A stretch of DNA of 63,409 nt, filler included, from Octopus bimaculoides (lineage: Eukaryota), in the NCBI RefSeq assembly GCF_001194135.2. It is 7 parts of 6 records of this genome, joined end to end, with 100 filler letters (N's around TTAATTAATTAA, not from the genome) between each part and the next. Parts side by side here need not be neighbours in the genome. Positions count along the whole stretch, not along the records: positions 35,824 to 56,921 come from NC_068981.1; positions 57,022 to 60,304 come from NC_068994.1; positions 60,405 to 62,277 come from NW_026336268.1; positions 62,378 to 63,409 come from NC_068996.1; 3 more parts are not named here. The stretch is one strand, 5' to 3'. The notes beneath the pieces are model-generated. The model was not told where the DNA came from. It did no database searches and worked only from the letters and a program-made list of their open reading frames with translations. A program made the position numbers and the translations under genes. Shown one piece after another: positions 52,741-63,409 of this stretch (position 1 is its first letter; every line of letters starts with the position of its first letter).

Positions 52741-53785
52741 TTCCCCTGCGTACTATGCTCAAATGTAATACTGATGTTTAGAACAACAACATTGCTTTTG
52801 GTGAGATTTTTGTGTACAGCAGCCAACTATTATGTGACTTATGCGACAGACTTATGATTGACAGACTTATGCGATAGACTTATGAGTGATCGTATGGAAC
52901 TTGTAATGGTAATCACGAAGGAGTTTATGATTATTCCCACCAACTTTATGAGGAATGGAAAAAAGGAAGGTATTAAATCCACATCCTTTCTTAAGAGCTA
53001 AGAGTACATTATTATGTGTTTTCAAAAGTTGGGATAATTACATGTAAATTATTGTTTGTAGCTTAGCTGAGATCTGTCTTGCTCAATCAAACCTGTGGTC
53101 AAAGGCACTCCATCCACAGCTACTTATTTCTCATACTTGTGAAATAAACGAGTTGCGGATGGTGTTAAAATGTGATATTAAAGAGATTTGTTTACTATTT
53201 TGATCGACCTCACGAAGGCTTTCTCGTCAGTTTGCTATTTTGAAGGTTGGCGAGGATATAAGATAGGTCGAGAAAGAATCACTGTTTGAGAGTAATTTCA
53301 GAAACGCTGTCATAACTGGAGACCTTGGTGGGCTTAAATTATTGCAGAGGTACGTCTTTATAGTCAGTGAAATAGAATCACAGGGAATTTGGAAGTGAGA
53401 ATTACTTCAGAGCCCATACCCACTAGACGGGAGGAGTTGAACCGATATTACAAACTATTGAAACATATTTCATTTGTACAATGTACTAGCCGCATTAAAT
53501 ACTTGAAGATGGAATTGTCCAGAGTTAACAAAACAAGGTTATGCTAGTGACAGAATAGAATTTGTCAACCTCCTGTTTGGTTGTCTTGTTGGCAGATCCT
53601 TTCTAAAAATGGTTTAACTAATAATCATCGTGAATAAAGGTGGGGTCTTATAAGGGAACAATAAGAAAATACAATTAATAGTAATTTTAACAAAGTAATC
53701 CAAATCATCTTAAATTCTGCCGTCCAGTCGTAAAACTATTTATTTAGAAAACTAGTGTGTAAATTATCATTATTTAATAAAAATC

Positions 53786-54000
53786 CAAGATGGCGAGCGG
53801 CAGAATTGTTAATATGCTGAGCGAAATGCTTAGCGATATTTCGTCCGTCTTTACGTTCTGAGTTCAAATTCCGCCGAAGTTGACTTTGCCTTTCATTCTT
53901 TCGAGATCGATAAAATAAGTACCAGTTGAGCACTGAGATCGATGTAATCGACTTGGCCCTTCCACCGAAATTGCTGTCTTTGTGCCAAAATTTGAAACCA
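53786..54000 (+). mobile_element. SINE family B, full length
   Basis: Head to TTGTGCCAAAATTTGAAACC tail. Confidence 0.88.
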
Positions 54001-54641
54001 TTATTTAATTTAAATTTTGATGAAGGAACAATAAATTATATCGACTGAGTACTTGAATGGCATTTATTTTATTTTACTCAAGAAGCAATACAAGGAAAAT
54101 TAACCTCGGCGTGTTATTTCCCACGTCAAAACAAAGGTCACGTGTTTGGGAAAGGTGGATATAGTCATTCTATTGAAACGACTTTGGTAGATGCCTGATA
54201 CTTACTTCAAAATATGCAACCACAACCACATAATACTAGGAACGAAGCAAATTAATGACATGGAATTGAAAGTCAACACAAAGGTGACAAACTATTTTTA
54301 TGTTGGAAGGCCGCATTGAAGTTTACTGCCATCTGACAAGACCACATTTCGAAAAATAATTTATACTGTTGAACCTATTATTTTATAAAATATTTTTTGA
54401 TAAAAACTTTGACAAACGTAAGAAAAACGGAGATTTGGAATAAGGAAACCCATCGTGACTTATTTAAATTTTTTCTTTTTTTTTTTCAAAAGTTTCTTCC
54501 AATTTCTATGACTTAGACACAACTATGACTACTTTTGGCAGGTATAAATAAAAATATAATTAGGTGTTTCTAAAATTCTCATGTTGAAAAGGTAGGTCTT
54601 TAATAAAATTAAATCAAGAATTGACGCAGGTATGGTCAATA

Positions 54642-55037
54642 GGCGCAGGCATGGCTAATAGGTGCAGGTGTGGCTGTGTAGTAAGAAGTTTGCTTCTAAA
54701 AACACATGGTTCTGGGTTCAGTCCCACAGCGTGGCACCTTGAGCTACTGTCTTCTTCTATAGCCCTAGGCTGAACTAAGAATTGTGAGTGAATTTGCTAG
54801 ATAGAAGAAGCCCGTTGCGCGTGCGTGTTTCCGTTCGTGTTTGTTCTCCAACACCACCTACAAACCGGTGTTGGTTTGTTTACGTCTCCAACTGAGTTGT
54901 TCGTCAAAGAACTGGTAGAATAAGTTCCAGGCTTTAAAAAGTAGGTCCCGGAGTTGATCTGTTCGACTAAAACTTTTCAGGTGGTGCTCCAGCATGGCTG
55001 CAGTCATATGACTGAAACAAGTAAAAGAAAACAAGAG
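54642..55037 (+). mobile_element. SINE family A with doubled 5' head
   Basis: GGCGCAGGCATGGCT followed by GGTGCAGGTGTGGCTGTGTAG; full family A tail. Confidence 0.85.
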
Positions 55038-57021
55038 TATATTCCAGTATAAGGATTTTTCATCAAACTTCTTTCAAGAGACTGCACCTTAACTGTTCAG
55101 AAAGCCACTGTCTAAGATATTTCGCCAACATCTTAAAGTGATTTTTCTTTCCTCAGTCGTAATGTATATTACTAATTCTATTTAAACTAAACCTCAAGAT
55201 AGGTTGGGGGAAAATGGCATTAGGAATCCTTTAAAATTGGGAACAAAGCTGGTGTCTTTTGAGCGAGCAATAAAAATGATTAAGTTTAGTTTGGTTAATT
55301 AATCCAGTCCGTTTAAATTCTGCCTTTTAAACGTTCGTGTAATTAGAACAGTAATGGCAAAAATTACCATTATAATATTGATTTCTAACATAGTCACATG
55401 TTACCAGATTTAAGTGAAGGAAAAGATTATATATACTGAGTACTTGAGTAGTACTTTCTTTATTTCATCCTTGAAATAACACAGGTAAAAATAACCTTGG
55501 TATGATTTTTCTTACGTCAATACAAGAGCCGGATATTGGGGAGGGGGAAGTATAGTCGATTGAACTAACTTAGGAGATGCTTGGTACCTATTTTACCAAC
55601 TTCCAGAAGGATGAAAGATAAAGTGTATCTGTAAATATCAAATGCGAGTTAGTGATCGGAGTCCGGCTCGTTAGTGTTTCTGCCGCTGCATCGCCCTTCA
55701 CTCAAATTAACGAAAATAACTGAAATTTGTAAAGAGGGCTACAGATGACCTTGGGCAGAATTTGAAATCAGAACCTGGAGAAAGTAAACAAAATATTATA
55801 AGCACTTAGTTGAACGAATCTGAAAACAAGGGGGGAAAAAACAGAATATGCCTAGCTGAATGGTCTAATAAGACTGGAAGTATCTGGGGATTTCATCATT
55901 TGGCTATAAAGCCCATTTCCACTCCAATCTACATTAGTTACATTGTTCAAAACTTTCAGTCAACTGATCTTATAGAAGTTCTCTATCTTGCTTGTTCTTA
56001 GATTTTAAACACTTATAGAAGAGCTTCTGCCGATCATTTGCCTGAATAATCTCAGTTAATCAACTCTCCATGATACAGATGTGAAGCCCTACCTTATTCG
56101 TACTTGGTCCGACGTGCTATGCTTCTACCCATATCGCCAGCCTTCTCTCACATCAAAACCTGTGTGGTAGATCAGTATAACCGGAGACCTGAAAGAACTT
56201 GAACTCGTAGTGTAAAGAAAATAATGCAAGTACTTATAATGCATTTATAAGCATTTAGTTTCCCAGGGAAATGGTAGGGGGAGAAGGGAGAAAACCCTAC
56301 TGCCTCAGCCACCTACAACACCATTTTCTTCATCTAAGCTAGTTACTATTAATATACTCAACGGTAATTATTACTTATACCGCTCTCCCATTTCCAAATA
56401 TTTCACCCGTTAGCTAAAGTTTATTCAACTACAGAAAGATGAAACAACATAAACAACACCAACAATCTTAACTTTCTGTCGGTCCCAGCTTTTTTATTAT
56501 TTCGACTCAGCAGTATAATTAAATTCAACATTTTTCCCAACCTACCCTCTCAGCTATCCTCTGTAACAGTCCGGTCTCTCAAATGTTTTCACATTGTTTA
56601 CCTTGTATGGAATTTTCAGAAAAACTTTATTCATATTAAACAGTTTTTTTTTGTTATTTTTTTCTCTTATTTTTCTTAAATAAAGGTTTGTTATTACCGT
56701 TGTTGTTGTTGGTTGTGGTGGTGTGTTGTTGTTGTTGACGCTGGTGTTGTTAAGGTAGGGATGTATTGTATGGTTTGGATTGTAAATCTCCGCAAACACA
56801 AAAAAGAACACTTTTCATTGTTTATTTTATGTTTTACGAAGCATTTTGTGAGTGTATATGCGTACATACTTACATACATACATGCATATGTATGTATCTT
56901 TATATATATATATATATATATNNNNNNNNNNNNNNNNNNNNNNNNNNNNNNNNNNNNNNNNNNNNTTAATTAATTAANNNNNNNNNNNNNNNNNNNNNNN
57001 NNNNNNNNNNNNNNNNNNNNN

Positions 57022-57052
<31 letters not shown>

Positions 57053-57279
57053 TGTATATATATGTACATATATATACATACATATACATTTATGTGTGTG
57101 TGGGTATGCGTGTGTAAGGTATAAGTTAGAGGTATTTAAACTCTCTAAGGGATAGGTGTATCGAAAAGCACTCCTAGTAATTACCTCAGTAAGTATGGTC
57201 CTTGGTATAAGCTATACGGCAGCAGGTAATTCAAAAGGTAAACCGTAGTTTAATGTATATATAAACGATAAGAAAATGA

Positions 57280-58366
57280 AGGAAAAACAACAATGAGAAG
57301 TTGTGTCTTTGGTGCTAAAAAGCCATTATTTAATTAGCTAAGCAAGGTGAGAGTAAGAGTGAGTCTACAGCTGTTTCTGTGTACCGTACTGAGGTAAATA
57401 TGTATCTACCTCGTTGCAAATGGTAGATATCACCAGAACGAAGAAGGCAGAGATAGACAAAGAGGAGCATAAAGCGCAAGATAGAGGGAGAAACCGGAAA
57501 AGAAAGTGTTCAATGATTCGAAAGTCTTACATCTTAGTTAGGTTGAATCCCTTTAGTTAGTTAGTTAGGTTCAAAACTATAGAAAGAAATATAATAATCA
57601 TAACAACAACTTTACACTCTACACAAATACTGAGGACAGTTTCTACACCAAAAATAATAATATTAAAAATAAGCAAAATAGCGATAAGATCTGGTTAATA
57701 ATCCCCTTCGCAATGCAGCTTAAATCTAACATAGTTTACTCCATAATGAGACTTATAGATAAGCACTTTAAATAACAAATACTCAGGAATCTTTAAGAAT
57801 AAAATTAGAATAGGCCATAGCCTAACTAGTAACTTAACTACCATCATAGCCTCGATCAACAATAATAAGCTAGACGCTTTCTACGAAACTAGGAAAAGTA
57901 GCAACATAAAACATAACAGCCAACCAGCAAATAGAATAAATCTCATCCCTAATAACTAGCCCTCAAACAACACGGACAACGACCTGATAAATAATAACCC
58001 CNNNNNNNNNNNNNNNCCCGCACACACACACACACACACACACAACACAACACAAGCACAGATAAACTGAATAATTTATAGGTGTAAAACTAAAAACGTA
58101 ATATACGTACTCGCAAATAACCATGCGAAATCTTATATAGGAGCCACGAAAAACGAAATGGCACTTAGATACAATTCCCCCCCAAATCTAGTTTTAGAAA
58201 CGGGAGTAATGTTCTGATGATGTCTACCATTTGCAACGAGGTAAATACATATTTACCTCAGCATGGTACACAGAAAAAGCTGTAAACTCACTCTTACTCT
58301 CACCTTGCTTAGCTAATTAAACAATGGCTTTTCAGCACCAAAGACACTTCTCATTGTTGTTTTTCC

Positions 58367-58367
<1 letters not shown>
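57280..58367 (+). mobile_element. Penelope-like relic (linker and GIY-YIG) bounded by ~160-bp inverted repeats
   Basis: DKIWLIIPFA..MRLIDKHF (cf. IWFNPPY..FL.LIDKHF) and CKTKNVIYVL..SYIGATKNEM..RYN (GIY-YIG). 57280-57439 is the reverse complement of 58211-58367. Confidence 0.75.
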
Positions 58368-58398
<31 letters not shown>

Positions 58399-59916
58399 GA
58401 GTCGGCTCAATAGGTATGACCACTTCTTCACTACAAAGATATCTTTTTCGCCCATCTGATTACTTACAGCTTTTATCAGAGCTATCATATAAATGTCTCT
58501 ACTCAGGTAAATGCAATGCAGAATCACGGCAGTTGACATTGTCAACAGACAATAGTTATTACGTGGTTGACAGACATATTTACATTCAAGTGGCGCGGAT
58601 TTATTATTAGCTTGCTTTTGTCCACGAAGTCTTGAGTAGTTTAACAAGACCAGCCTTAGAAAGACAAACTCGGTTACAAGTTGAACATTTGAAGGGGTTA
58701 TTGATGCCTGTAGGGTTTACTTTCCTGGTGTCTTGCTTCAGTTATGTATATATAATGCAATTCTCTTCAAAATTCTTTGGCGCATTAAATATATTTTTCT
58801 CCCTAACATCCCATCATTTTCATTTGGTTTCCAACTTTCTACATAAATATTCCTTTCTCCAGATCACATTTAGAACAGTCCTTGTATTTTCTCTTCGATT
58901 TGTAAGACTGTGTGTTTTCTAGAATGTAGTTCTCTACAGGACTAATACTTTTGAATTTTTATTCTTCCATACCAACTATACAGCCTGCTTTCCTCAGGCT
59001 AATACATCACAAGAGAGTTTCTACGATTACAACACCTGTTTATTCTAAGAACTTAATAACACATAGCTTCTCAAAGAAAAAAGTGCAAAATTTTTTCTCA
59101 GACATTTTTGTTGAAAATGCTCAAAATTTTAAATGGCTGAATTTAAAATCGGTATTTCACAAAAAAACACAAAATGCTTGTTTTCAAAATAAATATTTTT
59201 GTGCCTTTTTTTTTTTTTAATATCCATACACCATACTGAAGATAGTGATTTTTCAAAATTTATTCTTAGTTTAAAAATTTTATTTGAAATTTTGTCATTG
59301 TATTTAACATGCTGCAAACATATTTGAAGGGAAATGTGTTTTTCAAAGTTTTATCAGATACTGTTGCTTTAGGATCCGCATGTGACATTCCAGGGCAGCG
59401 TCGATAAAGAAAAACAGTTTTATCACATATTGTGAGGCTTAACATATTATAAGCCAATGAAATTTTATCCATAAGCGTTTAGAGATATTTTTCGTTGTGT
59501 GCGGCGATATCATGGGTATCAATTTACAAGAAGAAAAATTTTATCAGAAATACAAAAGTACGATTCAGAATTAAGCCGTTTGAGACTAAATAATGAACCA
59601 GTTGCGGGATATTGTGCGTAAATACTCTTAGAGCAGTCTTTTGAAAGCAATTGTAAACGATAGGGCTGAGAGGTTATGAAGTTTGCTTCCAAGCTTTGTG
59701 GTCTTAGGTTTAGTCTCACTGCGAGGCACCGTGTTTTCTATTATAGCCTCGTTTCTCTTCTCAGTTAAATGCAATACAGAATCACGGCTATTGACACTGC
59801 GTACCAATATTTATGACGTGATTAGCAGACATATTTTCATTCAAGTGACGAGGATTTATTATTAGCCTGCTTTAGCTCTGCTCGAAGTATTTATCTGATA
59901 GATAGATAAATATCGT

Positions 59917-59974
<58 letters not shown>

Positions 59975-60181
59975 GGATACATACATACATACATACATAC
60001 ATACATACATAGCTATGTGAATATACATACGTATATGTGTGTGTGTTTGTGCGTATACGTATGTATATAATATATATACACAAGCACGCACACATATATA
60101 TGTATGTATATATAAATATACATACATGCACACACACACATACGCGCGCGCGCACAGACATACATTCTGGAAGGTGAGACA

Positions 60182-60221
60182 GTCTTTTACGTTTCGAGCC
60201 TACGCTCTTCAATAGAAAAGA
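60182..60221 (-). ncRNA. Degenerate minimal hammerhead-like motif
   Basis: Minus strand: UCUUUU-CUAUUGA-A-GAGC/GUAG/GCUC-GAAACGUA-AAAGAC; perfect stem II, ACGU palindrome, non-canonical 5' core. Confidence 0.45.
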
Positions 60222-60404
60222 ACACGAGGAAATAAACAGAGAGAGAATAAGAGAAAATGAGAGACAATAAAACGAGAATATATATATAATATAAATGATA
60301 TATANNNNNNNNNNNNNNNNNNNNNNNNNNNNNNNNNNNNNNNNNNNNTTAATTAATTAANNNNNNNNNNNNNNNNNNNNNNNNNNNNNNNNNNNNNNNN
60401 NNNN

Positions 60405-61019
60405 GTTTGTGGGAATGTATTATAGGTTTGTGGGAATACATTATCCGTTTGTGAGATCGGAGGAATGCGTTAGTGAGTTGTTGGTAGAGTCTCTACCTTT
60501 GTCTGTGGGACTATAATGATGGGCTATTGTACTGTGGGTCTGTGGGAAGACTGTGGGACTGTTTGAATACGTTTTGAATCAATAGGGCGATTGTAGGTGT
60601 GTGGGAATATGTGTTGGTGTCTGTGGGGACACAATGCGGGCGCGACCCCAGGAATTTTTCGAAGGGACACAAGGTCAGAATGGAATACAGTTCCAGGAGA
60701 AAGGGCGTGGTAACATTATTTAGAAGTGTGCACTTATTTTCTTGGGTGGGGTCACGTGCCCCCACCCTACACACGCCTTGGGTCCACCTCTGCAATGGTG
60801 AGATATATACGAGTCTGCAGGAAGATTGTTGGAATGTGGGAACGTGATGTGTCTGTGAGAAGGATGCAAGTCTATAGAAGAATTATGGGAATATGGGGAT
60901 ATGGACTTGTGGGAACGTGTCGTCAAATTTTGGGAGACTGATTGAACTGTGGGAATACGTTGTAAGTCAGTGGGAAAATTGTGGGAATATGTTGTGAGTC
61001 TATGGAAGTACAGTGAGAA
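60405..61019 (+). repeat. Degenerate tandem array built on TGTGGGAA, interrupted by a ~170-bp MITE-like insert near 60630-60795
   Basis: Eight TGTGGGAA, one TGTGAGAA and several one-mismatch variants, all on one strand. Confidence 0.8.
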
Positions 61020-61353
61020 TATATTTTGAGTTAGTAGGGTTGCCACATAATTTTATGTCCGTGTGTCCAGTATATATTAATGTCCAGGAAATTGACCACG
61101 TGGAGGACAGGATGTTGACCACATGTCCTTTCAGATCAATTTCCTGTTCACCATGCGGCATTTTCCATCTAACTGCTATCCATATGCCAACAATAAACCA
61201 CGACACCGTGTGACCTTCCTCGACCATTCGAAGCCCACCCAACGGTAATAACAATCAACTTCTATCGATCAAATTCAAAATGGCTGACGATTAGCATCAC
61301 ACTTGAAACTCAAGAGTACCAACGAATATGAATCAAACTATTTTGATCCATAC

Positions 61354-61389
<36 letters not shown>

Positions 61390-61707
61390 NNNNNNNNNNN
61401 NNNNNNNNNNNNNNNNNNNNNNNNNNNNNNNNNNNNNNNNNNNNNNNNNNNNNNNNNNNNNNNNNNNNNNNNNNNNNNNNNNNNNNNNNNNNNNNNNNNN
61501 NNNNNNNNNNNNNNNNNNNNNNNNNNNNNNNNNNNNNNNNNNNNNNNNNNNNNNNNNNNNNNNNNNNNNNNNNNNNNNNNNNNNNNNNNNNNNNNNNNNN
61601 NNNNNNNNNNNNNNNNNNNNNNNNNNNNNNNNNNNNNNNNNNNNNNNNNNNNNNNNNNNNNNNNNNNNNNNNNNNNNNNNNNNNNNNNNNNNNNNNNNNN
61701 NNNNNNN

Positions 61708-61975
61708 GGACTCGCGGTCATAGGATCGCGGTTTCGATTCCCAGATCGGGCGTTGTGAGTGTTTAGTGAACGAAAACACCTAAAGCTCCGCGAGGCTCCA
61801 GCAGGGGGGGGGTGAACCCTGCTGTACTCTTCCACCACAACTTTCTCTCACTCTTACTTCCTGTTTCTGCTGTGCCTGTAATTCAAAGGGTCAGCCTTGT
61901 CACACTGTGTCATGCTGAATATCCCCTGATAACTACGTTTAAGGGTACACGTGTCTGTGGAGTGCTCAGCCGGGA
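61708..61975 (+). mobile_element. SINE family C, truncated by a family B insertion
   Basis: GGACTCGCGGTCATAGGATCGCGGTTTCGATTCCC head; homologous to 18761-19126. Confidence 0.88.
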
Positions 61976-61989
61976 ATTACCGGGGTATT

Positions 61990-62270
61990 TCGTCTGCTGT
62001 TACGTTCTGAGTTCAAATTCCGTCGAGGTCGACTCTGCCTTTCAGCCTTTCGGGGGTCGATAAATCAAGTACCAGTTGCGTACTGGGGTCGATCTAATCG
62101 ACTCATCCCCATCTCCCCCAAGCTGCCCTTACGGCAAATATTTGAAATAATAATAATTATTATTATTAAAGCAGTGAGTTGGCAGAATCGTTAGTGCGCC
62201 GGATGAAACGCAAAGCGACACTTTATCCGTCTTTACGATCTGAGTTCATATTCTCCCGAGGTCGACTGCC
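61990..62270 (+). mobile_element. Two SINE family B copies separated by (AAT/TAT)n
   Basis: GTTCTGAGTTCAAATTCCGTCGAGGTCGAC and a second head at about 62168. Confidence 0.85.
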
Positions 62271-62734
62271 CCCGCACNNNNNNNNNNNNNNNNNNNNNNN
62301 NNNNNNNNNNNNNNNNNNNNNTTAATTAATTAANNNNNNNNNNNNNNNNNNNNNNNNNNNNNNNNNNNNNNNNNNNNTATATATATACTTATACATATAT
62401 ATATATGTATGTATATCATTGTTCATATCACACTAATGTTCTTATTGCCCACCGTATACATGAATTTGAAACAACCAAAGCATCAGTATATCTTTGGTGC
62501 TAGTTCCGGTGCTGCATTACAATCTACAGGAAATATCTGGACTTTTACTAACCAAACCCATTCTTGCTATGCTTGCTAGCAGAATATATATATTTAGATA
62601 TTCTATTTTCATTGAGAAAGTCAAATGCAGGCAAGTTACATTGTCAGTTCGATAAGATGCAGAGGATGAATTCACAGCAATCAAATAGGTGGTGGTTTGT
62701 TTATTGCCATCAGTGCTGTATGATATGCAAATGC

Positions 62735-62907
62735 ACAGGTGTAGCTGTGTAGTAGGAAGTTTGCTTCCCAATCACATGGTTCTTGGTTCAGTCCCACTGT
62801 GTGACACCTTGGGCTAGTGTCTTCTACTATAGCCCCAGGCTGACCAAAGCCTTCTGAGTGGATTTGGTAGATGGGAACTAAAAGAAGCTTATCATATCTA
62901 TGTGCAT

Positions 62908-62941
<34 letters not shown>

Positions 62942-63045
62942 AAGAAAGAGAAAGAAAAAGAGGGGGTTTGTGTTTGTCCCCAACAACTGCTTGACAAATG
63001 GAGTTAGTTTGGTTACGGATCCATATCTTAGCAGTTAGGCAAATA
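62735..63045 (+). mobile_element. SINE family A, 3'-truncated
   Basis: AGGTGTAGCTGTGTAGTAGGAAG..GGTTCAGTCCCACTG..GAGTGGATTTGGTAG. Confidence 0.85.
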
Positions 63046-63263
63046 AATACTCACACACACACACGCACACACACATATAACATATACAGATAAATACACA
63101 CACATGCATAAAATATATCTACATATATATATACACATACATGCATATATATATATATATATGTATAAATATAATTATATATATATGCATATGTAAATAT
63201 ATTTGCATATATACATATATATATATATGTATATATGTCCATGTATATATATATATATATACA

Positions 63264-63340
<77 letters not shown>

Positions 63341-63409
63341 TCACACATATATGCATGTATATATATATCTATATAGCTATATATATGCATATACAGATAT
63401 ATATATATA

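Noticed and set aside
59071-59338. CAC-initiated imperfect inverted ends suggesting a Transib-like MITE
   Set aside because: The terminal match is poor and no TSD is identifiable; probably an old DNA-transposon remnant but unsupported.

Overview
AT-rich, microsatellite-dense eukaryotic genomic DNA from a gapped draft assembly. The SINE families and repeat landscape resemble Octopus (inference from recalled repeat families, not from a search). No intact, confidently identifiable host gene is present, and nearly all ORFs in the track are microsatellite or N-gap artefacts. The window is mostly transposon relics. It holds three tRNA-type SINE families (called A, B, C here) and fragments of R4/Dong-like RLE LINEs, L1/Tx1, RTE and Penelope-like elements. 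It also holds two maT/Tc1-like transposases, a rearranged mariner, a Tigger/pogo relic, a piggyBac MITE and a Helentron-type HINE. Most interesting: (i) a candidate TATA-driven, signal-peptide-encoding small gene at about 27.1-27.4 kb; (ii) hammerhead-ribozyme-like folds, including one in the shared 3' UTR of two RLE-LINE copies; (iii) a Penelope relic with inverted terminal repeats; (iv) repeated insertion into the same target sites ((AAT)n arrays and a triplicated 16-bp TSD); (v) two degenerate tandem arrays rich in Sox/Fox-like and CSL/Su(H)-like motifs; (vi) a possible iGluR/IR M3-like relic. TE boundaries are approximate unless TSDs or TIRs are stated.
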